Shown here: in pieces, positions 10,849 to 21,116 of the stretch
Numbering within the stretch: the stretch's first letter is position 1
Layout of the letters: each line of letters starts with the position of its first letter
Assembly: GCA_037441675.1 (NCBI GenBank)
Contig: JBBIRS010000002.1
Span: 295,249-359,248, forward strand
Length of the DNA stretch: 64,000 bases
From: Planctomycetales bacterium
GTDB lineage: Bacteria; 4484-113
Direction: 5' to 3'
The notes under the pieces: model-generated
What the model saw: the letters and a program-made list of their open reading frames with translations, nothing else
Database searches by the model: none
Told to the model about the DNA's origin: nothing
Position numbers and translations under genes: made by a program

Positions 10849-11664
10849 ATGGATTGGAAGTTGGACTCTAGGCATCCGATTGGCTTATTTGACAGCGGAG
10901 TAGGTGGATTTACTGTACTTAAGGAACTCAAGCATATTCTGCCGAATGAGCAATTCATTTACTTTGGCGATACAAGGAATCTGCCGTATGGAGATAAATC
11001 TCCAGAGATAATTCACAACTGGGCAACAAATTCCATAAAATTCCTTTTAAGACTAAAGGTAAAAGCGATTGTCGTTGCCTGCAATATAAGTAGTAGTGTT
11101 CTTACCAAAGAGGAGCTTACCGCTATACCGGTACCTGTCTTTACGTTAATTGAATACGGTGCGAAGCGTGCAGTGGAGGTTACTAGATTAAAAAAGGTCG
11201 GCGTCCTAGCGACGATGGCGACGGTTCAAACCCGCTCTTATGAGCGTGTCCTTTCCTCCCTTGATAATGGCATTGAAGTTGTTCAATCCGCCTGCCCAAA
11301 GTTCGTTCCAATGATTGAGAGCGGTAAGCTCGCCACAAAGGAGATTGAAGCAACCGTCAGAGAGTACCTTACTCCCATTACCGAATCGGGAGCGGATGCC
11401 ATTATCTACGGCTGTTCCCACTATCCTTTGCTCTCACGGGTGATTGAGAAGTACGTAAATGGTGCAGTCCTCATTGACCCCGCGGTTGAGGTAGCAAAAG
11501 CGGTTAAGGAGAAACTATCGGAAATTCCTGCGCTTCGAACGGATCCTCCACATCCTGACGTCTTCTTTGTAAGCAAGATTACTGAAAACTTCCTCTCAAC
11601 TGCAAAAACATTCCTCGGACAAGATATCAGTGGACACACTCTTGAATGGATTGTGAATGAGTAG
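10849..11664 (+). CDS. murI: Glutamate racemase
   Basis: IGLFDSGVGG, PYGDKS, VVACN, GCSHYP. Confidence 0.97.
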   Translation: MDWKLDSRHPIGLFDSGVGGFTVLKELKHILPNEQFIYFGDTRNLPYGDKSPEIIHNWATNSIKFLLRLKVKAIVVACNISSSVLTKEELTAIPVPVFTLIEYGAKRAVEVTRLKKVGVLATMATVQTRSYERVLSSLDNGIEVVQSACPKFVPMIESGKLATKEIEATVREYLTPITESGADAIIYGCSHYPLLSRVIEKYVNGAVLIDPAVEVAKAVKEKLSEIPALRTDPPHPDVFFVSKITENFLSTAKTFLGQDISGHTLEWIVNE

Positions 11665-11707
11665 GGCAATTGGCTCAGGAGCTTCGGAGCTTTCACAAAA
11701 GCACTAT

Positions 11708-12193
11708 CTAACCTTCCCTATAGCTTACACCAAAACCGCCAAGGGGATACTTCCAGTAAACTCCACCAGGCAGGCAAGCAACTCTACAAGTTCCGCACTC
11801 TACACAACCTTCATAATCAACGTGAATGTTGCCTTCCGCATCCTTTGAGTATCTCTGCGTTGGACAGACAATCAAGCACCACTGGCCTGGACACTTCCTG
11901 CAAATCTCGTTATCCACAATTAGATGCGGGTCGCCTTCCCGTGTAACAAACTTAGTCCTGCCGAGCTTATCCTCAAGGGTGAGTTTCTCATATGGTAGGC
12001 TTTCTATAGGTGAAAGAAGGACTTTTTTACTCTCATTTACGCGAATATTCACCTCGCCTATCGGTTGACAGGGGGCGAATGCGTTTATATCTGCCTGTGG
12101 AACGCCTCTAATTGCACCCTGTCCTCCCTTCCCAAGCTCAGCATTATTCTTCTCTATAAGTTCCTTTGAAAGCTCAAGTTTATCTTGGGGCAT
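11708..12193 (-). CDS. fixX: FixX-like ferredoxin with N-terminal extension
   Basis: PHLIVD..CRKC...CLIVCP..RY and YEGCVECGTCRVAC...WKYPLGGFGVSYREG, typical of FixX. Confidence 0.88.
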   Translation of the reverse strand: MPQDKLELSKELIEKNNAELGKGGQGAIRGVPQADINAFAPCQPIGEVNIRVNESKKVLLSPIESLPYEKLTLEDKLGRTKFVTREGDPHLIVDNEICRKCPGQWCLIVCPTQRYSKDAEGNIHVDYEGCVECGTCRVACLPGGVYWKYPLGGFGVSYREG

Positions 12194-12484
12194 ATCTCAT
12201 TTCTCCATTAAGCCTTTCTTCATAATACCACGAGCATCGGAAAATGATGTGAAACACTTAATAATCGAGAAGTAACTGCACCTCAGTTATTAAGAGAACT
12301 TGTATAGCAAGTAGTCCGCAGACAGTAGAAATTGAAATAGTTATCGGTGGCGAACTCAATTTACACCAACCTTTCCCGTGCCGAACTGATTAGGCTCAAC
12401 TATCTTGCAAGAAAGTTAAAAGGCATATGGGGACTGCTCGCACAGGGCACCGGTAAATCCATTAGGGAGAAGAGCAAAGCTTAC

Positions 12485-14635
12485 CTAGTCATGAAAGGCG
12501 TAGAGAAAACCATCGTGACTTCCAATGTATAGCGTACCATCCGGAGCTATCGCACCACTTGAAACTATCTGCTTTCCAGTCTCGTAACTCCATTTAAGTG
12601 AGCCGTCAGGATCAATCGCATACACCTTGTAATCCCAGCAGCCAAAGTATATAGTTCCATCAGCGCCGATAGTGGGGCTTGATTCAACGTCTGCAGGCCA
12701 TGTTATATATCTCCATTTCAGCGTACCGTCGGGATTCAAGGCAAGGAGTCCGTGCCGTCGTCCATGGATGTCCTCCGTTCCAATGTAAATCGTCCCGTCC
12801 TCACCAATTGCGGGGCTAGAAGTGATTTCTCCATAGTTATCCTCGTAGCTCCACTTAATTTCTCCATCTGGGGATACCGCATAAACGCCAAAGTTTTGGT
12901 ACAAGTCGTCCCACTTAGCGCCAATATAAATGGTTCCATCGGGACCAATAGCTGGACTTGAACCATCAATTATCTGAAGCCAGAGCCTCCATTTCAAACT
13001 GCCATCAGGATTGAAAGCGTAAAGGTAACCATCGTAAGAACCCTCGTATATGGTGCCGTCATCCGCAATCGCTGGCGAAGAAATTATCCAAGCGCCCGTT
13101 AGGTACCTCCACTTTTCAGAGCCGTCAGGATTCAAGGCATAGAAGTACCCTGCATCATCACCAAAGTAAATTGTTCCATCCACACCAATAGCAGGGCTCG
13201 ATTCAATTGCCTGCACAGCTTCAAAGGTCCACTTTACCGTTCCATCTGGGTTTAAGGCGTAAAGCTTATGATCCCATGAACCAAAATAAATTGTGCACTC
13301 AGGCGCAAGGGCTGCAGTGCTGTAAACAAGGTATGGCAAGGAAAACTGCCACTTAAGGGTCCCGTCCGGATTTACAGCGTAAAAGTATGGTTCATAGCCA
13401 TAGCTACCAAAATAAACTGTACCATCGTGACCAATAACTGGACTTGCACCGATGCTGTCTGCAGCTTGAAATGCCCACTTCAAGGTCGGGGTCTGAGGAC
13501 CCAAAAAGGGACTTCTTCTAGTGTGTTTACGGTCGTGACCAAACATCCACCAATCTCCACAGGTCACTTCGCTAACTGGAAAAACCACAATACTCCTAAA
13601 AATGGAAGAAGATAACATCTGATTGTCAGTAACTCTCAACTTAGGCGAATATGTGCCTGGAGTGTCATATGTAAACTCTACGCTGGAAAGAAATTCTCCT
13701 TCTAAATCCCAAGTGTCGTCACCCTGTAAATCCCATTCGTATTTAACAATTGTGCCATCTGGGTCATAGCTTCCGCTTGCGTCAAAATTCACTGTAAGTG
13801 GCACAACGCCCGAAGCAGGCTCAGCAGTGAGAATTGCAACGGGTGGCGAATTCTCCGGTGGTGGGACTTGCACTGGATCACTCCGCGAGTTTAGAGACAT
13901 CTCGCCCCGGAAGTCCTTTGGCGCAACAAGAATATAATCTCCCACATTCAGCGAAAGGGTCATGGAAAATCTTTTTCTTCCTTCACCGCTCGCAGCGCTT
14001 AGCGGCACGTAAGCAACCTCAGAAAATGACCCCTCAGGAGATGAGCCTCTTTGAACGCTGTAACCAGAGCACTGAGCAAAGAAGTTTAATGCGATAGGAG
14101 CAATGTCACTGATATTGATTACTCTGTCCTCGTTACCATCGATCCATTCATTATTCTGAGAAGTAGTCATTAAGAAATTTGAAGCCAGAGGTGCAATATC
14201 ACTGATATCAACGGTCCCATCTTGATTGTAATCACCTACGTTTCTATAGCTCCACCTTAGGATATAGCTCCCGCCTGAGGCTGGTATAACCTCAAGATCA
14301 GAAACCACGCCAAAGTCGCCTTTGGGTGGAGAAGCCACGAACCTCGTCTTACCGGAAGCAAAGAGCTCTTCCCTTAGTGCGGAGAGAAGTGAAAGGACGA
14401 TAACATCACCACCACTTGTCGATTCTTGCAGTCTAATTTTCTCGTCTAGATCATCTAGAGCTATCTCAGTCACCGCCGAAGAATTTTCTTCCGTCGGGTT
14501 AGTATTTGCAGGCAAATTACCCAAGCCTGGTTGTGTAAACCTTGACGTGTAGCGGTTTGTGGCGCCTTTACCACACGATACCGCAAGCATTAGACAAAGC
14601 AATAAATACTTGATAGAGTTCTTTCGTAAGCTCAT
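12485..14635 (-). CDS. Lipoprotein with dockerin-like, PKD and PQQ-like beta-propeller (BamB-like) domains
   Basis: Lipobox LAVSC; GDYNQDGTVDISD...DGNEDRVINISD; PPVA..VNFDASGSYDPDG..YEWD; about 8 repeats of SSPAIxxDGTIYFGS..LYALNPDGTLKW. Confidence 0.88.
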   Translation of the reverse strand: MSLRKNSIKYLLLCLMLAVSCGKGATNRYTSRFTQPGLGNLPANTNPTEENSSAVTEIALDDLDEKIRLQESTSGGDVIVLSLLSALREELFASGKTRFVASPPKGDFGVVSDLEVIPASGGSYILRWSYRNVGDYNQDGTVDISDIAPLASNFLMTTSQNNEWIDGNEDRVINISDIAPIALNFFAQCSGYSVQRGSSPEGSFSEVAYVPLSAASGEGRKRFSMTLSLNVGDYILVAPKDFRGEMSLNSRSDPVQVPPPENSPPVAILTAEPASGVVPLTVNFDASGSYDPDGTIVKYEWDLQGDDTWDLEGEFLSSVEFTYDTPGTYSPKLRVTDNQMLSSSIFRSIVVFPVSEVTCGDWWMFGHDRKHTRRSPFLGPQTPTLKWAFQAADSIGASPVIGHDGTVYFGSYGYEPYFYAVNPDGTLKWQFSLPYLVYSTAALAPECTIYFGSWDHKLYALNPDGTVKWTFEAVQAIESSPAIGVDGTIYFGDDAGYFYALNPDGSEKWRYLTGAWIISSPAIADDGTIYEGSYDGYLYAFNPDGSLKWRLWLQIIDGSSPAIGPDGTIYIGAKWDDLYQNFGVYAVSPDGEIKWSYEDNYGEITSSPAIGEDGTIYIGTEDIHGRRHGLLALNPDGTLKWRYITWPADVESSPTIGADGTIYFGCWDYKVYAIDPDGSLKWSYETGKQIVSSGAIAPDGTLYIGSHDGFLYAFHD

Positions 14636-15061
14636 TTGTCATACCTCTTGCATTATTATTTTTCAAGTACACTCCCTAATCGCTTTAAGAGCAACTATTA
14701 CAGCTCCTTCAGAAACTCGCTTCCCGATAATATCCTTTATAAAAAACCTCATAAATATCCAATTAGCATTAACTTTTTGGAAACCAGTTGAGAATGCGTC
14801 CAAGTATATCATAACTCGCTCTATATTTTACCGATTTTGGAGCGTGTTTTGCCTATGATTTACCCTTTTGGGGGAATTGAAAAGGTAAAACTGTGTCTTG
14901 AGCGCTACCAACCTTGCAAATTCACTTAGTGCTAGCTTGGTAAAGGTTTCCTGCTGAATAACGCGATGTGAAGCTCAAACTATCTGAACGTGCTTGATGA
15001 AAGCAAGCTCTACATTGGCGGATAAGTCCTTTTCAAATGCATAATAGAGGGCGAGATGAGA

Positions 15062-16411
15062 CTAGCCTTTTGGTGGGAAGAGAAACCACTTAGGGTCAAT
15101 GCCTAGAACTTTTTTCATCAAGCCAAGGCTCGCAATGCCTGCCTTCACGAGGGGAACCTTCTTTCTGAATTCGCTCGCCATCTGCCTTAAATATTTCTCC
15201 TTTGCCTCGCCTCTCACCGTGAAATAACTTCGCGCTAGGGTTATTAATGCATCTGGGTAAACTCCGAGAAACTCACGATGTTTGTGGATAAAGCTAGATA
15301 CATCCTTAAACATTTTCATATCCGGAAGGACGAATGAATTCTTCAGCCTTAAATGGTAGGATGAAAGAGTGGCTTCGGAAAAATCGCCCTTCTCTTTAGC
15401 CTCAATAATTGTTTCCGCAGCGCACTTTCCGCTGGCAGTAGCGTAATTCGTGCCCTCGTGATATAGGGATGTATTAATGAAGCCAGCCGCATCCCCAACC
15501 ACTAGATAGCCGTTACCGTAGTACTTGAAAAACTTCTTATAGCCATACTCAGGAATCATATGTGCGGAGTACTCCTCGAGCTTAGCACCAGCTAGAATCC
15601 CCTTAATATCAGGATGGCTCTTGAAGTAATCAAGGATATTATAAGGGGTTACCTTTTCTCGCAGTAAGTCACCAATATTGACGCCGATACCAATGGAAAT
15701 TGAATCTTTATTTGTATAGATAAAGCCACCACCAACCATTCCCATACATGCGCCAGTTCCGAGACACTCCATAGAAATGCCATCACCAGGCTCAAGACAG
15801 AACCGCTCCTCAATCGTCTGCGCGGGTAGAGACCAAACCTCCTTGGCAGCAGTAACCATTTCATCAGGCGTAAATGGTTTTCTTAAGCCCATTCTTTCTG
15901 TTAAAAAGGAGTTAGCACCCTCCGCAATGACAACAACGTCGCCGTAAACTTCGCCTTCCTCACGGCGGACCTTAACACCTACTACCCTGCCATTTCTCCA
16001 TATCACGTCATCAACGACAGTCTCATTTATAATGAAGGCACCCTCTTCTTCCGCTTTACTTGCATACCACCTGTCAAATTTGCCACGTAGAACTGTGAAT
16101 GAATGATTAAAAGGTGGTTCCGCAAACTCGCGAAAGGACATTTCAATTTTGAGGGAAGAGTCCTTTGATAAAAAGGCAAATGCACGTTTTATAACCGGTC
16201 TTTCGAGTGGCGCCACTTCAAAGAAATTAGGCAGAAGTTCATTTATCACAGGGGTATAAATAATTCCACCGGAGAGATTCTTAGAGCCTGGATACTCTCC
16301 ACGCTCAAAGACCACTACCGATAGTCCCGCGCGAGCGCAGACTAGAGCGCAAGTTATCCCTGCCAAACCCGCACCAACGATTATCACGTCAAATTTCTCT
16401 TCTGAAGACAT
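15062..16411 (-). CDS. fixC: FixC-like FAD-dependent ETF-quinone oxidoreductase
   Basis: VGAGLAG, ERGEYPGSKNLSGG, APLERPV, GGFIYTNKDSISIG, EYSAHMIPE, VGDAAG. Confidence 0.93.
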   Translation of the reverse strand: MSSEEKFDVIIVGAGLAGITCALVCARAGLSVVVFERGEYPGSKNLSGGIIYTPVINELLPNFFEVAPLERPVIKRAFAFLSKDSSLKIEMSFREFAEPPFNHSFTVLRGKFDRWYASKAEEEGAFIINETVVDDVIWRNGRVVGVKVRREEGEVYGDVVVIAEGANSFLTERMGLRKPFTPDEMVTAAKEVWSLPAQTIEERFCLEPGDGISMECLGTGACMGMVGGGFIYTNKDSISIGIGVNIGDLLREKVTPYNILDYFKSHPDIKGILAGAKLEEYSAHMIPEYGYKKFFKYYGNGYLVVGDAAGFINTSLYHEGTNYATASGKCAAETIIEAKEKGDFSEATLSSYHLRLKNSFVLPDMKMFKDVSSFIHKHREFLGVYPDALITLARSYFTVRGEAKEKYLRQMASEFRKKVPLVKAGIASLGLMKKVLGIDPKWFLFPPKG

Positions 16412-16654
16412 ATTGGCAGGTATTTTACACGAACACGTAATAAGTAGCCTCTATCTAAGCCATACTAAGATGTGCTTAGAAAAACTGGAATAAAAAGTTC
16501 TAAAAATGGCTATCTCCCCGCACATCACGTGAGAAGAACCAAGCAACACTTAATGCTAATAAATTAAGAAGTATTCTCCTCAAGAAATTCGCCTTGCGAA
16601 ATGTCATAGATGCAATGAATTCGGATTCTAAAGATTTGCAATCCTTAGGAGTTA

Positions 16655-16683
16655 TTGACCTTTAGTAATTGAAGGCATATACT
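16655..16683 (+). promoter_or_regulatory. Sigma70-type promoter of purB (probably leaderless)
   Basis: TTGACC-N17-TATACT, 7 nt before the GTG start, no SD. Confidence 0.7.
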
Positions 16684-16690
16684 CAACTCC

Positions 16691-18013
16691 GTGATTAAAC
16701 GCTACTCTGGTGAAAGGATTAGCAGGATTTTCTCTGATGATTATAGATATAAGCTTTGGCTTAAGATTGAGCTTGCAGTAACCGAGGCTTGGGCAAAGGA
16801 AGGGCGGATACCTGAAGCTAGCTATAGAAGTATAAAGAAGCTCGCTCGCTATTCTCCTTTACGAATCAGGGAATTGGAGAGAACACTAGAACATGAGGTT
16901 ATTGCCTTCACAACAAGTGTTTCTGAATCATTTAAGAAAGCTAAGTCCCCTACTTTATCCCGCTACTTCCACCTTGGATTAACAAGCTCTGACGTAATGG
17001 ATACCGCGCTTTCGCTCCAGATCAAAGAAGCCTTTTCCTTAATACTTCATCAGCTGGAAGTTTTATTAGAAACCATCAAGAAGCTTGCGATAGAACATAA
17101 ATACACATTGATGATAGGCAGAACGCATGGGATACATGCGGAGCCGATTACATTCGGCTTGAAAGCGCTTATATGGCTCAAAGAGATTGAGCGAGCGAAA
17201 ATGCGCCTTGAATTTGCGCGTGAAGAAACCTGCTTCGGGAAAATTTCTGGTGCAGTAGGGAATTATGCACATATACCACCTTCAGTGGAAGAATACGCAC
17301 TTAGAAAGATTGGACTAAAGCCCTCGCCCGTTTCTAACCAAATAATTCAGCGTGATAGGCATGCTTCTACTTTATGTGCTCTTGCCATTTTGGCTGGTTC
17401 ACTGGAAAAGATTGCTTTGGAGATAAGAAACCTACAAAGAACAGAGATTGGGGAAGTATTTGAACCATTTGGCAAGGGCCAAAAGGGCTCTTCCGCTATG
17501 CCTCATAAGAGAAATCCAGTTCTTTGCGAGAGAATGAGCGGGCTTGCAAGGCTTATGCGCGCTTATGCTCACGTTGCCTTGGATAATCAACCAACTTGGC
17601 ACGAGAGGGATATCTCCCATAGCAGTGCGGAAAGGGTCGCAATCGCGGACGCTTTCATTCTCGCGGATTATATGCTTTCAAAGATGAATTACATTCTTTC
17701 CGGACTTGAAGTTGACCCAGTGAGGATGAAAAAAAATTTGGAAGCGACAAGAGGACAAATTTACTCTCAAAGGGTTCTTCTCGCGCTTACTGAAAAGGGT
17801 CTCAGTCGAGAAGAAGCGTATAGGATTGTGCAATCCACTGCTATTGAAGCGGTGAAATCAGGTAAGCATTTGTCATCAGTCCTAAAGGCTAATAAAGTAG
17901 TCAGAGAGCTCCTGACTAGCCGGGAAATTTTGAGGCTTTTTGACCCTAAGCCTTATCTGGTTCATATAGATGAAATATTTTCACGCGCTCTCTCAAGTGG
18001 GGACGATAAATAA
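16691..18013 (+). CDS. purB: Adenylosuccinate lyase
   Basis: HLGLTSSDVMDT, GRTHGIHAEP, KGSSAMPHKRNP, HERDISHSSAER. Confidence 0.98.
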   Translation: MIKRYSGERISRIFSDDYRYKLWLKIELAVTEAWAKEGRIPEASYRSIKKLARYSPLRIRELERTLEHEVIAFTTSVSESFKKAKSPTLSRYFHLGLTSSDVMDTALSLQIKEAFSLILHQLEVLLETIKKLAIEHKYTLMIGRTHGIHAEPITFGLKALIWLKEIERAKMRLEFAREETCFGKISGAVGNYAHIPPSVEEYALRKIGLKPSPVSNQIIQRDRHASTLCALAILAGSLEKIALEIRNLQRTEIGEVFEPFGKGQKGSSAMPHKRNPVLCERMSGLARLMRAYAHVALDNQPTWHERDISHSSAERVAIADAFILADYMLSKMNYILSGLEVDPVRMKKNLEATRGQIYSQRVLLALTEKGLSREEAYRIVQSTAIEAVKSGKHLSSVLKANKVVRELLTSREILRLFDPKPYLVHIDEIFSRALSSGDDK

Positions 18014-18255
18014 ATATTCATCAAATGCTTAAAATTTTCACTTATACCCTCTCGTGTCAATTTCATTACTAGATTCTGAAACTTTCTAGCGTTGATAATG
18101 TAAAATCAAACAAATGAGTCAGTAAAAGAGTAGCCTCAGGCGTGGAACATTTATTGATAAGATTAACTCTTGTGGATTTTGCCCTGAGTTCATCAATAGC
18201 TTATAATAATTTTTTTATATTGAAATTTTGAAACCAAATTACTAGGTTAAACAAA

Positions 18256-18963
18256 ATGCAAAAAATTAGACTTCTCTACGAGGGAAAAGCGAAAAGGCTC
18301 TATGAGACTAATGACCCTGATCTGCTAATTATGGAATTTAAGGATTCCCTAACCGCCTTTGATGGAACCAAAAAAGATCAGATGACCGGGAAAGGAGAGT
18401 GGAACAATCAAATCTCTGCTTCCATTTTTACCTTTCTTAACGAGAATAATGTGTCTACGCATTTTATTGAAAAGCTATCAGCTCGTGAGTCTCTTGTTAA
18501 GCATCTTAAAATGGTTGCGCTGGAGCAAGTATGTAGAAATTTTTCGGCAGGCTCAATTGCTAAACGCACTGGTTTAGAAGAAGGAACTCCCTTCAAGCAT
18601 CCGGTGATTGAATACCACTATAAGTCTGACGAGCTTCACGATCCTCTATACACTGAAGAGCTGATTTCTGCCTTGGAGCTCGCTACAAAAAGCGAAATGT
18701 TGAAGTTCAGAGAACTGGGGCTTAGAGTTAATGATTTGCTAAGTGACTTTATGGAACGTCGTGGAATTATTCTTGTAGACTTCAAGTTGGAATTTGGATA
18801 TACCAGACAGGGAGAGCTATGTGTTGGGGATGAAATCACACCGGATACTTGCAGGCTGTGGGACAAAAAAAGCCTAGATAAGCTAGATAAGGACCGTTTT
18901 AGAAGAGATTTGGGTGGAGTAGCTGACGCATATCAGGAAGTTCTTTCAAGGTTAAGCGCGTGA
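18256..18963 (+). CDS. purC: SAICAR synthetase
   Basis: YEGKAK, LVDFKLEFG, DEITPDTCRLWD, LDKDRFR. Confidence 0.98.
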   Translation: MQKIRLLYEGKAKRLYETNDPDLLIMEFKDSLTAFDGTKKDQMTGKGEWNNQISASIFTFLNENNVSTHFIEKLSARESLVKHLKMVALEQVCRNFSAGSIAKRTGLEEGTPFKHPVIEYHYKSDELHDPLYTEELISALELATKSEMLKFRELGLRVNDLLSDFMERRGIILVDFKLEFGYTRQGELCVGDEITPDTCRLWDKKSLDKLDKDRFRRDLGGVADAYQEVLSRLSA

Positions 18964-19235
18964 AGTTTACAGGAAAAGTCTACGTAATGCCTAGAAAGGA
19001 TCTGCTAGACCCTCAGGGTGGAGCTATTAAGAGCGCACTTCACCAGCTTGGTTTTAAGAGCGTAACTGATGTTCGTGTTGGTAAGGAAATTGATATCGTT
19101 TTTGAAGCAGATGATGGTGATACTGCTATTTCACTATTAAATGATATCTGTGAAAAGCTTTTGGTTAATCCCATTACGGAAGACTTTGATTACCTTGTCC
19201 TGACGCAAGATGAAGAGGAAGGTGAAAATAGTTAA
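18960..19235 (+). CDS. purS: FGAM synthase PurS subunit
   Basis: LDPQGGAI..L..LGF..V..VRVGK...LLVNPITE; overlaps the purC stop (GTGA). Confidence 0.95.
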   Translation: MKFTGKVYVMPRKDLLDPQGGAIKSALHQLGFKSVTDVRVGKEIDIVFEADDGDTAISLLNDICEKLLVNPITEDFDYLVLTQDEEEGENS

Positions 19236-19299
19236 TTGCATGCAGATGTAATAGGCGTTCAGTCTCAGTGAATTCCTCATTAAGTGTAAATATTGAAAA

Positions 19300-20889
19300 A
19301 TGCTTGCAAAGGTCAAAACAGCTGCTCTAGCTGGCATGAGTGCAGAAGAGGTGTTTGTGGAGGTTGATGTTACCTTTGGCCAGAATGTTTTCAACTTAGT
19401 GGGTCTTCCGGACGTAAGCGTGAAGGAATCTGAGGAGCGAGTCCGAGCGGCGATAAGGAATTCTGACTTTGAATACCCCAGTGGACGTATCACTGTAAAC
19501 CTAGCACCAGCTGAAGTAAGGAAGAGCGGAACTTGGTACGATCTCCCCATAGCAATTGGGATTCTATGCGCCTCACATCAGATCCCAATTGATCCCATTG
19601 AGAGATTTATCATTGTTGGCGAAATCGCTCTTGATGGCTCTGTAAAACCAGTAAACGGAATACTCTCTGTAAGCCTAATGGCACGAAAGCTCGCCAGCAA
19701 AAAAAGAATGCTGTCACTTATTGTGCCTTTTGAGAATGCAAAAGAAGCAGCGTGCTTTCCGGAGGTTCAGGTTTATCCAGTTAGGCATCTAGCAGAATTA
19801 AGTTCATTTTTCAGGAGTACCATCCAAATCCTTCCACAACCTCCAACCTGCATTGAAGATTTATTAGCTCAAGCCAACTATGATGTTGACTTTGCAGAGG
19901 TTAAAGGGCAGGAGCATGCTAAGCGTGCTTTGGAGCTTGCAGCTTCTGGAATGCATAATGTTTTACTTATCGGTCCCCCTGGTTCGGGTAAGACTATGCT
20001 AGCTCAACGCGTGGCAACAATACTTCCTACACTAACTGTTGATGAGGCAATTGAGGTTTCAACAATCTATTCTATAGCTGGGAAGTTAGGTGAAGAGCGT
20101 ACTTTAATATCCACACGTCCTTTTAGGCATCCACATCATACAATCAGCGGGCCAGGTCTTGTTGGAGGTGGATCAAATCCACTTCCTGGCGAGCTATCCC
20201 TCGCACACACTGGAGTGCTTTTTTTAGATGAGATTTATGAGTTTGCACCCAAAATTCTAGACCTATTAAGACAACCGTTGGAAGATGGTGAAATAACAAT
20301 TAGTAGAGCAAAGGCTTCGATCACATTTCCAGCCCGAGTGCTAATGTTGGCTGCCGCCAATCCATGTCCCTGTGGATTTTATGGAGATCCAAGTAAACCT
20401 TGCCACTGTACCATGGGTGACATCAAGAAGTACCGTAAGCGGTTGTCTGGTTCTCTGCTTGATAGGATAGATATGGTAATTGAAGTGCCTCGTCTCGGCC
20501 TTGAAAAGATTGAATCACCTGCAGGTGAAACCTCCGCCGAAATTCGGAAGCGTGTTCTAAAAGCATGGAAAACTCAAGTTGCTCGCTACAAAACAGATTC
20601 GGCCACGGATTCCGAAGTTTCCTTAGCTTCATCTAAAAAAGTTCGATTCAATAGTCATTTGAAGGGCAAGGGAATTGATAGATTTTGCACCCTAGACGAT
20701 AGCGGTCAGAAACTTTTAGGGCGTGCCTTAGAGAAGCTTGGGCTTACCACAAGGGGATTTCAAAGCATTAAAAAAGTTGCCCGCACCATTGCGGATATTG
20801 AAGGAAGCGATATCATTAAGGTATCTCATCTTGCTGAGGCTATCCAATATCGCGCTGGCGAGGAAAGGGTAAGGCTAATTTCGCTATAA
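19300..20889 (+). CDS. comM: YifB/ComM Mg-chelatase-like AAA+ ATPase
   Basis: VGLPD..VKES.ERV, TVNLAPA, GPPGSGKT, PFRHPHHT, PGELSLAH, ANPCPCG, VARTIAD. Confidence 0.95.
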   Translation: MLAKVKTAALAGMSAEEVFVEVDVTFGQNVFNLVGLPDVSVKESEERVRAAIRNSDFEYPSGRITVNLAPAEVRKSGTWYDLPIAIGILCASHQIPIDPIERFIIVGEIALDGSVKPVNGILSVSLMARKLASKKRMLSLIVPFENAKEAACFPEVQVYPVRHLAELSSFFRSTIQILPQPPTCIEDLLAQANYDVDFAEVKGQEHAKRALELAASGMHNVLLIGPPGSGKTMLAQRVATILPTLTVDEAIEVSTIYSIAGKLGEERTLISTRPFRHPHHTISGPGLVGGGSNPLPGELSLAHTGVLFLDEIYEFAPKILDLLRQPLEDGEITISRAKASITFPARVLMLAAANPCPCGFYGDPSKPCHCTMGDIKKYRKRLSGSLLDRIDMVIEVPRLGLEKIESPAGETSAEIRKRVLKAWKTQVARYKTDSATDSEVSLASSKKVRFNSHLKGKGIDRFCTLDDSGQKLLGRALEKLGLTTRGFQSIKKVARTIADIEGSDIIKVSHLAEAIQYRAGEERVRLISL

Positions 20890-21116
20890 AATATAAGAAA
20901 TTTTTCGCTTGCAATAAAACTGTTCTTGCCCAATACATTTAGTAATTGATTCAATCCTTAAGGCAAATTCAAGGATGCTTATTTTGGCATTAATCTCTCT
21001 ACTCTCATTAACTATGTTTAATCTACAATTTCATCCGGAAGAAACAGATATTTGTATCAATACCTTTGAAAAATTGCGGGGATTTACTGCAATGTATAAT
21101 AAGTTAAGGAGAAGCT

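Noticed and set aside
12347..12532. 61-aa ORF ending IREKSKAYL, as a possible four-helix-bundle remnant
   Set aside because: The similarity is only impressionistic, and it overlaps the end of the convergent gene.
12500..13460. Periodic ~120-nt repeats as a possible CRISPR or tandem array
   Set aside because: They are degenerate at the DNA level and encode the beta-propeller blades; there are no identical repeats and no cas genes.
18135..18152. CGTGGAACA as a second parS
   Set aside because: Half-site only.
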